In this document: one piece after another, positions 8,331-17,605 of the stretch
Position numbering within the stretch: position 1 is the stretch's first letter
Layout of the letters: each line of letters opens with the position of its first letter
Origin: a virus
Lineage: Duplodnaviria; Caudoviricetes
DNA: 62,438 nucleotides
Strand: one strand, 5' to 3'
IMG/VR virus record: IMGVR_UViG_3300027881_000013
Coordinates: 1-62,438 of that record
The notes under the pieces: model-generated
The model's input: the letters and a program-made list of their open reading frames with translations, nothing else
Databases searched by the model: none
What the model was told of the DNA's origin: nothing
Translations under genes and position numbers: made by a program

Positions 8331-8551
8331 TGCATAGACGAGACTTTTTAAAGGGTGCTTTGGCGGCTGTAGTGCTAGCATCACCTATAGCTACTGTAGC
8401 TAAATTGGTTGAACCGGTAAAGCGGGTATATGGTATACCTTGGGATGTTGTTGATTCAGCCCATGCTAAAGCAGTTGAAGACATACAGGCCAGGGAAGAT
8501 GCCGATGTCTTTCGTTTATTGAATGCCCATGGTGCTGGGTCCTGGGGATGA
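8330..8551 (+). CDS. Small protein with twin-arginine (Tat) signal
   Basis: MHRRDFLKGALAAVVLA matches RRxFLK consensus. Confidence 0.7.
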   Translation: MHRRDFLKGALAAVVLASPIATVAKLVEPVKRVYGIPWDVVDSAHAKAVEDIQAREDADVFRLLNAHGAGSWG

Positions 8552-8569
8552 ATTTAATCGGAGAGTAAA

Positions 8570-8824
8570 ATGTCACTAGATGTCGATGTTAAAATTGTTA
8601 GCAGTAGTACCATATGTGTTTCTATCAAAGAATTAATTCAATTACTTAAGGGAGAGGGTGTCCCTATACCAAATAATGTTGAGGCTAATGTTCTTAAAGT
8701 ATGTGACGATGAAAATGATAATCATGCAACACCATTATCTGAGAAAGACTTAATAGAGCTCAGTTGGAGATCTGAAGAGGCAAAAGTGCTTTCACCAGTT
8801 CTAGAAGGACCACCACCAGTATAA
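8570..8824 (+). CDS. Hypothetical protein
   Basis: GGAG RBS; ORF. Confidence 0.6.
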   Translation: MSLDVDVKIVSSSTICVSIKELIQLLKGEGVPIPNNVEANVLKVCDDENDNHATPLSEKDLIELSWRSEEAKVLSPVLEGPPPV

Positions 8825-9062
8825 TAAGCTTCCTGATCGGGGGAGCTCAGTTTATAATATTATAGTAAAGCGTGATCAATTTACTTATAATAATTTCTGA
8901 CACATATTAAAATCATACCATAAATTTTTAAAAGTCAATTAAAATATATAGTTGAGCGATATTAAAGATCTTCTTCTGATATTGTTATACCTAATATTAT
9001 GTATTTAGAAATGCATACCTTATACCATTAATGCTATCAGGTCCTCCTATTATATTATTTCT

Positions 9063-9208
9063 ATGGTGGTACCACTTCGTCTGCTTTGCCTTTCTGAAGA
9101 GATGAATCTCCTTCGGCTGGGACTGCTGGGAGTGGCGTATCGGTTTCCGAGCACTTTGGTACCACTATTCTCGATGACAGGTGTGTGTCCACCTAAGCGG
9201 TCCCAGCC
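9063..9208 (+). ncRNA. Pseudoknot-capable structured RNA
   Basis: Interleaved helices 9063-74/9157-68 and 9115-27/9196-9208 plus three local hairpins; follows class-1-like promoter 9027-9056. Confidence 0.5.
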
Positions 9209-9223
9209 ACTAAGGAAATTGTA

Positions 9224-9406
9224 ATGTGTGATTGTGGTAGTAATGCTTGTCCTGATTGTAACGATGAGAAGGTACGTGCCAACTATCTTAAGATACGAGA
9301 GGGATTAATTAAATTAGCAAAGCCTACTTTGCTTGAGAGATTGCTTAGGATTCCTGATTGGCGTGCACGCCTTGCACAAAAAATACTTAACAGTATGGAA
9401 GAATAA
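9224..9406 (+). CDS. Small Cys-rich hypothetical protein
   Basis: AAGGA RBS; ORF. Confidence 0.6.
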   Translation: MCDCGSNACPDCNDEKVRANYLKIREGLIKLAKPTLLERLLRIPDWRARLAQKILNSMEE

Positions 9407-9424
9407 ATCGTGAGGGTATGAAGT

Positions 9425-9682
9425 ATGACTAAAACTAAAGAAGAGATAATAAAAGTAATTAAAGGTATTATTGCAAGGCATTTAGAAGTTAAAGAAGAAC
9501 AAATAAAAGATGAATCTACCATCAGTGATTTGGGTGGAGATTCTTTGGATGGTATTGAAATAATAATGAGCCTAGAAGATGAATTTGGTTTTGAAATACC
9601 AGATCATGAAGCTGAAAATTTTCATACCTTCATGAATTTAGCTAAATATTTGAACGATAGGTATTTAAATGAAGCACATTGA
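9425..9682 (+). CDS. acpP: Acyl carrier protein
   Basis: DLGGDSLDGIEIIMSLEDEFGFEIPD with phosphopantetheine-attachment Ser; typical size and acidity. Confidence 0.92.
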   Translation: MTKTKEEIIKVIKGIIARHLEVKEEQIKDESTISDLGGDSLDGIEIIMSLEDEFGFEIPDHEAENFHTFMNLAKYLNDRYLNEAH

Positions 9683-9800
9683 GATGAAGTTAATACATAG
9701 AATATTCAGAATATTAGGTATACCACGGGATTATACCTGTTCACGATGTGCTAGACATAATTGCTATCTATGGCAATCCACTTGTAAGGGGTGTTTATGA
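9669..9800 (+). CDS. 43-aa Cys-rich peptide
   Basis: Fills gap with overlaps at both ends; CxxC...C...CxxC. Confidence 0.45.
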   Translation: MKHIEMKLIHRIFRILGIPRDYTCSRCARHNCYLWQSTCKGCL

Positions 9801-10039
9801 AGAAAATAATCATTTTATTGATATTATGTAGTGGTTGTGATGATTTTATTGATGCTACTATGCCTGATCAGTGTCTACGAAGGAAAATTTTCCTTGAATG
9901 TATGAATGCTGTGCCAAAAGGTCCTGAAACTGTGGTAGACAACGATTGGGCTGATGTAGTAGATGAATGTCAATCTGCATCTTATTATCAGTCTCTACGT
10001 AGACGCTCTACTATAGAGCCAAAATGCAGAACTAGATAA
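9797..10039 (+). CDS. Putative lipoprotein
   Basis: MKKIIILLILCSGC lipobox-like signal. Confidence 0.65.
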   Translation: MKKIIILLILCSGCDDFIDATMPDQCLRRKIFLECMNAVPKGPETVVDNDWADVVDECQSASYYQSLRRRSTIEPKCRTR

Positions 10040-10040
10040 C

Positions 10041-10072
10041 TATTTCTGATCTTAGTACTCAGATGAATATTT
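10041..10072 (+). promoter_or_regulatory. Putative late promoter TATTTCTG-N16-GAATATTT
   Basis: One mismatch per box versus 2820 and 46847 copies. Confidence 0.6.
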
Positions 10073-10075
10073 AAT

Positions 10076-10225
10076 ATGGTGGATGGTGCAATTGAAATAG
10101 CTGAAAAGATTATGAATCTACTTAAAGTAGGTGGCCCCTATGCCATTATGGTTATTGAGGGTTATGTTATATATAAGCTCTATCAAAGAAATGAAGAGCT
10201 TCACAAGAAGCTTGAAAAGAAGTAA
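10076..10225 (+). CDS. 49-aa single-TM membrane protein (holin-like size)
   Basis: GGPYAIMVIEGYVIY hydrophobic segment, basic C-terminus. Confidence 0.55.
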   Translation: MVDGAIEIAEKIMNLLKVGGPYAIMVIEGYVIYKLYQRNEELHKKLEKK

Positions 10226-10251
10226 ATTCTCTAGCTCAGTATATTATATCC
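10221..10251 (+). promoter_or_regulatory. Phage promoter class 1
   Basis: AGTAAA-N15-TATTATATCC. Confidence 0.75.
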
Positions 10252-10257
10252 ACTAAT

Positions 10258-10581
10258 ATGGGCGAATGGTTCATAGAAGGACATGGATGGGTAATGATCC
10301 TATCTGTCCTTAATTTCGTTCTATTAGCTGTGGTTGTATTACTTACAAAAGACATAAATCGGCGAGCAATAAAAGCTGAACATGTAGCACGTGGTTTGCA
10401 GTCACGCACGATAAGTACGCATAAACATCTTGATCAAGTAACAGGTGAATTGCAGAGATTGACAGGTAAGCAGCAACAGATTGAGATGGAAGATGCTGAT
10501 GACTATGATGATGTCGATCGTGATGCCGATACACAGCCAAAACCGATTAAAAGAAAAAAGAAGAAACGTGGAACTAGCTGA
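10258..10581 (+). CDS. N-terminal TM protein, probably leaderless
   Basis: ATG 6 nt after promoter; hydrophobic N-terminus. Confidence 0.65.
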   Translation: MGEWFIEGHGWVMILSVLNFVLLAVVVLLTKDINRRAIKAEHVARGLQSRTISTHKHLDQVTGELQRLTGKQQQIEMEDADDYDDVDRDADTQPKPIKRKKKKRGTS

Positions 10582-10685
10582 TATAGTTAAAGCATGTGAT
10601 CTTGATTGGACGTGGCCACCTTGGTTTGTTCACTATATGACTGGTGAACCGATGACTGCAATATGGACGTACTACACTCGAGGTT

Positions 10686-10892
10686 ATGAAGGCGATTAAA
10701 GCCATTGCAGAAGGTGAAACTAACATAGTAATAGTGGCAGGTAGTCATGAAATTGCAAGGTGGATACGTAATGAATTATATAAATATCTTAGAAAATTAA
10801 AATTATTAGACGACAATATCAATATTCGTATTGATAGCAATAATTCAATGGCTAGAAGAGGTTGGTACCATCTAAAAGATCATACACTCTAG
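10686..10892 (+). CDS. Hypothetical protein
   Basis: GAGG RBS, ORF. Confidence 0.55.
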   Translation: MKAIKAIAEGETNIVIVAGSHEIARWIRNELYKYLRKLKLLDDNINIRIDSNNSMARRGWYHLKDHTL

Positions 10893-10921
10893 TAAACCTT
10901 ACAATCTGTTCTATTATATCC
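10891..10921 (+). promoter_or_regulatory. Phage promoter class 1
   Basis: AGTAAA-N15-TATTATATCC. Confidence 0.75.
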
Positions 10922-10939
10922 CCTCTATAGGGGACAAAC

Positions 10940-11659
10940 ATGAGTTTAGGCAGAGCTAGGGATTTTCTTAGAGGTGCTGACACTGCAGAGTCAACACATG
11001 GCAAAGTAGTCCAGTTAGTACATGCAATTCGTGCAATTGAAGAATACTTAATTGAATTACATGGTGAGCCAGTTGAAGATGAATGTGATCAACAAGTTAA
11101 ATATAATTGTCCTGAGATTTATCCGAGTGATATAAATTCGTGGTGTCAAAGTTGTAAGGACCATGGGCCCGTTGCGGGGACGGGTGCTGATTCTGGGGCG
11201 ACCGGTCTAACAGAACAGCTAGGCGAGCCGATGAACGTCGCATCGGAAAGAATTTCGTCCCCCGCGCTTAATCTAGCAGAACCAACCAGCCAAACAAACG
11301 TCTCTAATAACTGTTGTCAAAGATGTAGTGACTGGATAAAAGATTGCAAGTGTACTACACTTGATTTACATAATGCTCTTTATGATTCTCATAAGGGTAG
11401 ACAAGAAATGATTGATGCTCTTGCTAATGTGCTTGGATGGACGGGGACGCCTGCACAGCAAACTACTAAACGTTATGAATTAGAAATTACTGCAGTTAAA
11501 GATAGTCATACTGAATTAGAGATGCATGTAGAACAAATATTGAAACCAAATTTTAAAACGTTATTAAAGTATTTCAAAGAAGCGATTGATGATATTCGTC
11601 ATGCAAAGAGGCACGTCCCAACTAAATGGGAAAGATTTGTAAAAGATAATGAAAAATAA
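10940..11659 (+). CDS. Hypothetical Cys-rich mosaic protein
   Basis: AGGGG RBS; ORF. Confidence 0.7.
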   Translation: MSLGRARDFLRGADTAESTHGKVVQLVHAIRAIEEYLIELHGEPVEDECDQQVKYNCPEIYPSDINSWCQSCKDHGPVAGTGADSGATGLTEQLGEPMNVASERISSPALNLAEPTSQTNVSNNCCQRCSDWIKDCKCTTLDLHNALYDSHKGRQEMIDALANVLGWTGTPAQQTTKRYELEITAVKDSHTELEMHVEQILKPNFKTLLKYFKEAIDDIRHAKRHVPTKWERFVKDNEK

Positions 11660-12119
11660 TTGCAAAGGTAAACGTACTGGTGGGGGTCCATGTTTTAATA
11701 ACGCTAATACTAATGGATATTGTTGGGTACATGATGACCAAAAACCAGTTAAAATATGTGAATATTGTGAAGAGCCAGCTGTATTAGTTACTGGTAAAGT
11801 AATTTACCCACATAGGCCAGATTTAGCTAAAAAGAAGATTTGGTATTGTGCACCTTGCAAAGCTTATGTTGGGTGTCATAGGGATGGAATTACTCCATTA
11901 GGTCGTTTAGCTGACGAGGAGTTAAGAAAAGCTAAGATGGCAGCACATGCAGCTTTTGATCCCAAATGGAAAACTGGTAGGCTAACTCGATCGCAGGCAT
12001 ATATCTGGTTGGCAGAAAAATTAAATATACCAGAAGAACATTGTCATATTGGTATGTTTGATAAGACTATGTGTCAAAGAGTTGTAAAACTCTGCAAAAA
12101 GAGAAGACATAGTAGATGA
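11649..12119 (+). CDS. DUF3268-family zinc-finger protein
   Basis: CxYC...IYPHRPDL...WxCxPCxAYVGCH...PLGRLAD...AHAAFDPxW...AYxWLA...CHIGMFD. Confidence 0.85.
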   Translation: MKNNCKGKRTGGGPCFNNANTNGYCWVHDDQKPVKICEYCEEPAVLVTGKVIYPHRPDLAKKKIWYCAPCKAYVGCHRDGITPLGRLADEELRKAKMAAHAAFDPKWKTGRLTRSQAYIWLAEKLNIPEEHCHIGMFDKTMCQRVVKLCKKRRHSR

Positions 12120-12679
12120 TTCACATCACAATTGATAAAAGAGAAGATGATACAATATCAACAACTAAAGTTGAACATGATGGGGAGCATCTTAAGGGTA
12201 TTAAGGGTATGACCCTTGATACTGATGGTGGATATGCAGAAGTTTATGTTCCTGTTGGTGAAGAAACTGCTCGTACTCTTGTAAAACATGGATTTATTGT
12301 TAATCGTATTGATGTTAGTGAAAGGCCAAATATTGTGATTAAAACAGAATTTTTTGATGTTGTACTCGATGATGAAAATCAAACTTTCAATATAAGATTT
12401 AAATTTTTACTTACTAATCCAGAAACTATGCAACCTAGTGAGAATATCACCAACTTTGTATTTTATGATGCAATTAAAAAATTAAATGATACAATGGTAC
12501 ATAGCAATAGGAGAAGTTTTACTGGCGGTTTATTAGAAAAAAGGATAGAACAAGAACTCTATGGCTATATACTAGACCTTATTCATAGAGGTGTTATATT
12601 CAAAACAGGGACTGGTTTTATGCTAGATAGGGAATGGTTGTTTACAGAACTAATGCTTAGAGGTCAACGTGAGTTTTGA
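12116..12679 (+). CDS. Hypothetical protein
   Basis: Coupled ORF. Confidence 0.7.
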   Translation: MIHITIDKREDDTISTTKVEHDGEHLKGIKGMTLDTDGGYAEVYVPVGEETARTLVKHGFIVNRIDVSERPNIVIKTEFFDVVLDDENQTFNIRFKFLLTNPETMQPSENITNFVFYDAIKKLNDTMVHSNRRSFTGGLLEKRIEQELYGYILDLIHRGVIFKTGTGFMLDREWLFTELMLRGQREF

Positions 12680-12920
12680 AACTGTAAAATCAATAGTCAA
12701 GGCGTACCTTGAAAAAGAAGGTTACGATGGTCTTGTACATGGAAATAGATATTGCGCATGTCTAGTAGATGACCTGTTTCCTTGTGAAGATGAAACAGAT
12801 CAATGTGAGGCTGGACATAAAGCGCCATGTGATCCAGAAGATTGCCAAATAGATGGTGAATGTGACTGGCATATTAATGCTGGAAAGAGAGAAGTAAATG
12901 TCAAGCCCAAGGATGATTGA
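12669..12920 (+). CDS. Cys-rich hypothetical protein (GYDGL...CAC)
   Basis: Coupled ORF. Confidence 0.65.
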   Translation: MSFETVKSIVKAYLEKEGYDGLVHGNRYCACLVDDLFPCEDETDQCEAGHKAPCDPEDCQIDGECDWHINAGKREVNVKPKDD

Positions 12921-13122
12921 GGGAGATTCACCAGGTACAAAATTCTGGGCGATCGCTGTTAAAAGAAAAGATGGGGTGCTTCCTCAAGAAGTTAAAATGT
13001 TAAATGATGAATTATATTTTGTACAAGAATCTGCTATAATCAATCTTGGTCTTATTGATGAGAAAATTCGCGATTCCTATGCTATATATGAGGGGACTGT
13101 ATTCTTAGAAAAGCTGGTATGA
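12898..13122 (+). CDS. Hypothetical protein
   Basis: Coupled ORF. Confidence 0.55.
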   Translation: MSSPRMIEGDSPGTKFWAIAVKRKDGVLPQEVKMLNDELYFVQESAIINLGLIDEKIRDSYAIYEGTVFLEKLV

Positions 13123-13463
13123 AATTTACTCTTGGTCCAATTGAAAGATTGATTGTATATCCTGATACAATATCTAATACCGTACAAATAAAATTAGATC
13201 CTCGAGCTCATTTTATGCATCCAAATGGTGGTTATAGTGATGATATTAAGGAGATATTTTTAAATTATGTTAATAATAGATTAAATGATCCAAACACTAT
13301 GAGGAGCATGGTGACCGCTGGGAATGCTTTGTGGGATGAAGTTACATATATAGTAAAAGGTGTTGTTGCAGAAACCGGATTATTGACTATTGGAACTGAC
13401 TATTATAGTCTTAGTAAAGAATTTTTGTTAGTTTACATGATGAAAGGCGAAATTGAAAAATGA
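13119..13463 (+). CDS. Hypothetical protein
   Basis: ATGA overlap coupling. Confidence 0.65.
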   Translation: MKFTLGPIERLIVYPDTISNTVQIKLDPRAHFMHPNGGYSDDIKEIFLNYVNNRLNDPNTMRSMVTAGNALWDEVTYIVKGVVAETGLLTIGTDYYSLSKEFLLVYMMKGEIEK

Positions 13464-13753
13464 GTGAAGTACAAGCTTTTACTCCTACTGGTGTGGAAGT
13501 TACTAAATTTCAAGCTAGATGTCCTGAATGTAAAGAGGGAATTCTAGAAGCTCCCCCATTGCCAGATATATATTTTATTCCTAAGACTATCTCTATTGCT
13601 GAGTTAATGCAAAAGCCTATGTTTGCTGTAACTAGAGAGAATTTCAGTTTACTCTGTAAATCATGTGGTGTTACAGTAAATGTAGTTACATGCGTAGAAG
13701 TTATAGACAAAAAGAATAATAGAAGTTATCTTACTAAGTTGACAGACCTATGA
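13460..13753 (+). CDS. Zinc-ribbon protein
   Basis: CPEC...CKSC. Confidence 0.65.
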   Translation: MSEVQAFTPTGVEVTKFQARCPECKEGILEAPPLPDIYFIPKTISIAELMQKPMFAVTRENFSLLCKSCGVTVNVVTCVEVIDKKNNRSYLTKLTDL

Positions 13754-13947
13754 ATCCATTCAGAAGTTGGTTAGGTCGATTAAACTTTTTACTTCTGCAA
13801 TTCCTTTTTATGAGGCTTGAGCAACATCTTGATGATGAAACTGAAAAGACTGTAGGGTGGGCTATATTGTTCCCTATTATTCCTTTGACTGGTTGGTGGA
13901 ATAGGTATTGGCCCAACTGGTTTTTACGAGTAAAGCTTTATAAATGA
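13750..13947 (+). CDS. Small Trp-rich hydrophobic protein
   Basis: Coupled ORF. Confidence 0.55.
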   Translation: MNPFRSWLGRLNFLLLQFLFMRLEQHLDDETEKTVGWAILFPIIPLTGWWNRYWPNWFLRVKLYK

Positions 13948-14405
13948 AACTAGTTCACTTTAACATAGACACCGAAAAAGAAATTATTCGAGGTACGTTT
14001 AATTTCATTAACGGTATAGTAAAGGATTTAATTATTGATGGAGCAGAATATCGAAACATTATAAATATGCCCATCGAGGATGGGGCTTCCTTTAATAATC
14101 ATATACGTATAATGATTAAAATATCATCTATTGCTGAAGACGCAAAATGGATAGTTATATGTGATTTTAGTAATTTTGCCGTTAGGGCCACTAGTGTAGG
14201 TCATGCCACTAGTGTAGGTCATTTAAAAGGCAGAGCATCGGTTTGGTTTGATTCATATTCCCATGTGACTTCACAAGGCCCCTCAACGCTACCTACGTTT
14301 GGTAAAATTACGGGACCACAACCCATAGGGGTAGTAAAAACTTGGACAATAAGTAAACGTTTCCCTGCATTACCTAAAAAGGCAAAATCAAAAATTAGAC
14401 CATGA
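13944..14405 (+). CDS. Hypothetical protein with 18-bp tandem duplication (ATSVGH x2, 14187-14222)
   Basis: Coupled ORF. Confidence 0.6.
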   Translation: MKLVHFNIDTEKEIIRGTFNFINGIVKDLIIDGAEYRNIINMPIEDGASFNNHIRIMIKISSIAEDAKWIVICDFSNFAVRATSVGHATSVGHLKGRASVWFDSYSHVTSQGPSTLPTFGKITGPQPIGVVKTWTISKRFPALPKKAKSKIRP

Positions 14406-14779
14406 TGAATTTCAAATTTGAATCAATAGCAAAACAACAAGAAGGCACTCGTCTTAAGATAGGCGATACATTTTGTGATGTTTATGATGCAAATTGGGTT
14501 ACAGAACGTGCAATATCACACGTATCTTTGGGAGGAGTTTCAACTCCTGTTCCTGGTCGTAAAACAGAAACATTTACATGTAATGTATTGTTTGACCAAT
14601 TACCAATGAAACTAGAAGATCTTCAAAAAGATATGGTGTTATTTTTTGAAGGTTATTTAATGAAGGGCACAATGTTAGAATTTAAGTATATAAAGAATGA
14701 TGGTGAAAAATTTGCTACAATAACTTTAGGCATACATGAACGAGTCGCATTGTTTAGTGAGTCACCTGACGACCCATGA
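14402..14779 (+). CDS. Hypothetical protein
   Basis: Coupled ORF. Confidence 0.65.
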   Translation: MMNFKFESIAKQQEGTRLKIGDTFCDVYDANWVTERAISHVSLGGVSTPVPGRKTETFTCNVLFDQLPMKLEDLQKDMVLFFEGYLMKGTMLEFKYIKNDGEKFATITLGIHERVALFSESPDDP

Positions 14780-15007
14780 ACTTCGCTTATTTAGGACTAT
14801 ATAGCCCGAAATCCAGAGTGGGTTATCCTTTGAATCATGGTCTGGATGGGCTATGGAAATGTGCCCCAGACCATATTTATGGCTATGAGGTTTCATTCCT
14901 CCGACGATTCTATATCCCATTAAAGCTACAGTAGTGATAACAGTTGGCATATCAGGACATTCATGTATTGCCTGATAGACCTCAATACAGTATTCATCCT
15001 TTTTCAT
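14762..15007 (-). CDS. Hypothetical protein
   Basis: Coupled ORF in minus-strand operon. Confidence 0.55.
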   Translation of the reverse strand: MKKDEYCIEVYQAIHECPDMPTVITTVALMGYRIVGGMKPHSHKYGLGHISIAHPDHDSKDNPLWISGYIVLNKRSSWVVR

Positions 15008-15551
15008 TCAGACCCTGCAATATCTTATTGAACTCTAGCTCACCAACTGCTTTTCTAATTTTGGCCATATCTTCTTCCATGCGATTAAGGACTTCACTTT
15101 TAGCATCTAATTCTGTATGAAGATTGCTATTCGTTTCTGCCAAGTGACCATTTGAGGATCCTAGCCTACCTAATTCATGTCTATCTTTACTCATATCTTT
15201 TTCTAGTTCTTTAAATTTAACATCAGATTCAATAGATTGTAATTTTAATTCTCTAACCTTCTCACGAAGACGTTCAGTAGCAACATCACGATCTAGGCCC
15301 ATTAAAAAGAGCAAAGTACGTACCACAGTATCTCGTTGTGCGGTTATAGATTTCCATTCTTCTGGTTTTTGAGAACCATATTGATCTTCGTGACTAGGCA
15401 CAAATTGAACATGTTCTATATATGCGGGTTCTGTGCATTCATCACCCATTATAGCAATAAGTTTCCAACCTTGTAGAGTTAATTCGTGAACTTTACCACC
15501 ACCAACCACTTGTAATTCTTCATACTTACCATATAAATCGGCTTCAATCAT
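14994..15551 (-). CDS. Coiled-coil hypothetical protein
   Basis: C-terminal heptads. Confidence 0.7.
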   Translation of the reverse strand: MIEADLYGKYEELQVVGGGKVHELTLQGWKLIAIMGDECTEPAYIEHVQFVPSHEDQYGSQKPEEWKSITAQRDTVVRTLLFLMGLDRDVATERLREKVRELKLQSIESDVKFKELEKDMSKDRHELGRLGSSNGHLAETNSNLHTELDAKSEVLNRMEEDMAKIRKAVGELEFNKILQGLNEKG

Positions 15552-16717
15552 TACGCTGCCTTTCTTAATTCTACTAAGTGTTCCTCGAGAATATTCTTCT
15601 TGTTTATCATATTAAACATACCAAGTGCCTGAGTCCATCCGATATTAGCACGTCGCCAAATATCAATTTCGTCAAGCTCACAGATAATCATCTTGGCGAT
15701 AACTTCATCTGTGGGTGGAATGGTATGATCCTGTAAATAGACACAGAGTGTACAGAGTTTCTTCCCCTTGTTCCATACATCGATAATATGTGACTTACGC
15801 TTAATTTGATAGACTAACCCACTTGGACCCTGGATAGTGACAAAACCATGTTTTAAGTATCTCTTGAACTTGTCACGATCATCGTTCAACATGCTCTTTA
15901 GAAGATGGAGTGCTACAATCTCTTCTGGTCGAGCATTATCAAAGCGCTTCTCTTTACCATAAGAACGAGGTGTTTGACCACGATGATTCATGATCGCTGG
16001 AGCTTGTTTTAATCTAAGTTGTTCCTTAAATTTGAGTCTACGTCGTTCTTCTGGCGTATATTGTAGATGTTCGATAATTCCATCACGGTGTGTGATGAGG
16101 TTACCATTATTATCATAGAAATGTAGATTGGTACTAGCAGTAGTTCCAGCATTAATACCGTTGAAATTAATATCAACATTAGCAGTAGTTCCAGTATTAA
16201 CATTGAAACTTATTGCGTTAGAAGTGCTATTATTATCAAAGAAGCAATCATTAAACTTGATTACAGATTCAGTATGTGCCTTGATGATTATATTATCTAT
16301 AGCATCGGTGGTATTATATAGATCTTCATGTGTGACAACTACAGGTTTAGTAAATCGAACTTTATTAAATGTAACATCATGAGTTACAAAATTAGTAACA
16401 CTAGTACTATCATCGGCAATATGGATGCGACCTGTATTACCCCCAGCAGGCCAATTGAAATTATGATATTGATTTATTGTAGGAAATTGTTGACGAGGAG
16501 GAATAACAAAATGAGGACCAGGACCATTAGTCTCTATGTTGAGCACTTCTGGTTGTCTAATAGCTATGTCTTCTACACCAGCAACCATGGTCCTTTGATG
16601 ACCATCTATATTGGCCAATGGGAAGGCCATCGTATTTTCTAGCGGTGTAGCTTCTTCTTTAAGTTTCCTAGCCTGGACAGGTTTAGAGGGCTTTTTTAAA
16701 GCAGTGGTATTAGCCAT
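15551..16717 (-). CDS. Hypothetical protein, Asn/Thr-rich middle and conserved-looking C-terminal domain
   Basis: Start likely MANTTALKK; ALxLLKSML...YLKHGFVTIQGPSG...LCVYL...PPTDEVIAK...DE...RAN. Confidence 0.75.
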   Translation of the reverse strand: MANTTALKKPSKPVQARKLKEEATPLENTMAFPLANIDGHQRTMVAGVEDIAIRQPEVLNIETNGPGPHFVIPPRQQFPTINQYHNFNWPAGGNTGRIHIADDSTSVTNFVTHDVTFNKVRFTKPVVVTHEDLYNTTDAIDNIIIKAHTESVIKFNDCFFDNNSTSNAISFNVNTGTTANVDINFNGINAGTTASTNLHFYDNNGNLITHRDGIIEHLQYTPEERRRLKFKEQLRLKQAPAIMNHRGQTPRSYGKEKRFDNARPEEIVALHLLKSMLNDDRDKFKRYLKHGFVTIQGPSGLVYQIKRKSHIIDVWNKGKKLCTLCVYLQDHTIPPTDEVIAKMIICELDEIDIWRRANIGWTQALGMFNMINKKNILEEHLVELRKAA

Positions 16718-17141
16718 GCTGTTTCTTTCTGTTATAGGTTCTATATCTATGACAGATTGCACAAACTACATCACATTTAGCCAATTCTTTTTCTATTCTT
16801 TTAATAGAGGTAGTTTTATTTGTAATACTAGAAATATTAAATTCCTTTTTACCACGAACATGATCAAAGTCCATGGCAAATGGAATATATTCCTTTTTGC
16901 AATCTGCGCATGGTACTTGTTTCTTTTTATCTAAAATTTTTCTTGCCTCATTACGTAGTTTTTTCTTATTTTTAGCCCTAATAGCATTAACTCTTATTTT
17001 ATTCTTTTTTTGATATTCAGCATCGTATAATTTCTTACATGGGCCACAATAAGTATTGTAACCACCACTTCTATGTTTATTCTTACCAAATTTACTTAAT
17101 GGTTTTCGTTTTTTACATCTGTGACAGTATTTAGTTTTCAT
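16710..17141 (-). CDS. HNH endonuclease (homing-type) with N-terminal zinc finger
   Basis: CADC...MDFDHV...ELAKCDVVCAICHRYRT; N-terminal CHRC...CGPC. Confidence 0.85.
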   Translation of the reverse strand: MKTKYCHRCKKRKPLSKFGKNKHRSGGYNTYCGPCKKLYDAEYQKKNKIRVNAIRAKNKKKLRNEARKILDKKKQVPCADCKKEYIPFAMDFDHVRGKKEFNISSITNKTTSIKRIEKELAKCDVVCAICHRYRTYNRKKQHG

Positions 17142-17147
17142 GATTTG

Positions 17148-17176
17148 AGTATACCATACTGTCTCAAACTAGACAA
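17148..17176 (-). promoter_or_regulatory. Sigma70-type promoter for leaderless HNH mRNA
   Basis: TTGTCT-N17-TATACT with TG extension, 6 nt before ATG. Confidence 0.6.
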
Positions 17177-17605
17177 TTATCCTGGTACAGTTTTTGGTAC
17201 TAATATGGCTTCTTTTGCACCTAGAATAATTTCTTCTAGCCCCGGGTCGAATTCGGTGATTTTGTGACCTTTTTGGCCATCGTTCGTTGAGGCATAGGCT
17301 GTGTATCCCTTTTTCATAAGCTCTTTAAACTTTGAAAATGCTTCCTTCACCTGTTCTTTGATTCGTCTATCCCAAATTACTCTTTCATCACCATTATCTG
17401 ATAGAATGCGGAAGCAGCCAATATTAACATCTTTTGGTGGGGGAAGCAATCGTGCCTCTCCATCATTTTCATATTGTAGAGTAAAACCTTGTTTTGTGAG
17501 AATGCCGATACGCTTTCTAGCTTCGGACGTCTGTTCATAAACATATGGGTCCCAGGTTACTGTCTGAGCCCTAGCGGTTTCGAGTCCACCCATCTGCAAT
17601 GGCAT
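17177..17605 (-). CDS. Hypothetical protein with internal duplication, C-terminus VPKTVPG
   Basis: WDxxxxEQxxEAxxxxxxLxKxG(F/Y)T occurs twice. Confidence 0.75.
   Translation of the reverse strand: MPLQMGGLETARAQTVTWDPYVYEQTSEARKRIGILTKQGFTLQYENDGEARLLPPPKDVNIGCFRILSDNGDERVIWDRRIKEQVKEAFSKFKELMKKGYTAYASTNDGQKGHKITEFDPGLEEIILGAKEAILVPKTVPG

Noticed and set aside
9063-9208. HDV-like (theta) ribozyme call
   Set aside because: Helix order fits but P1 length, P3/L3 and P1.1 do not match the consensus; left as unassigned structured RNA
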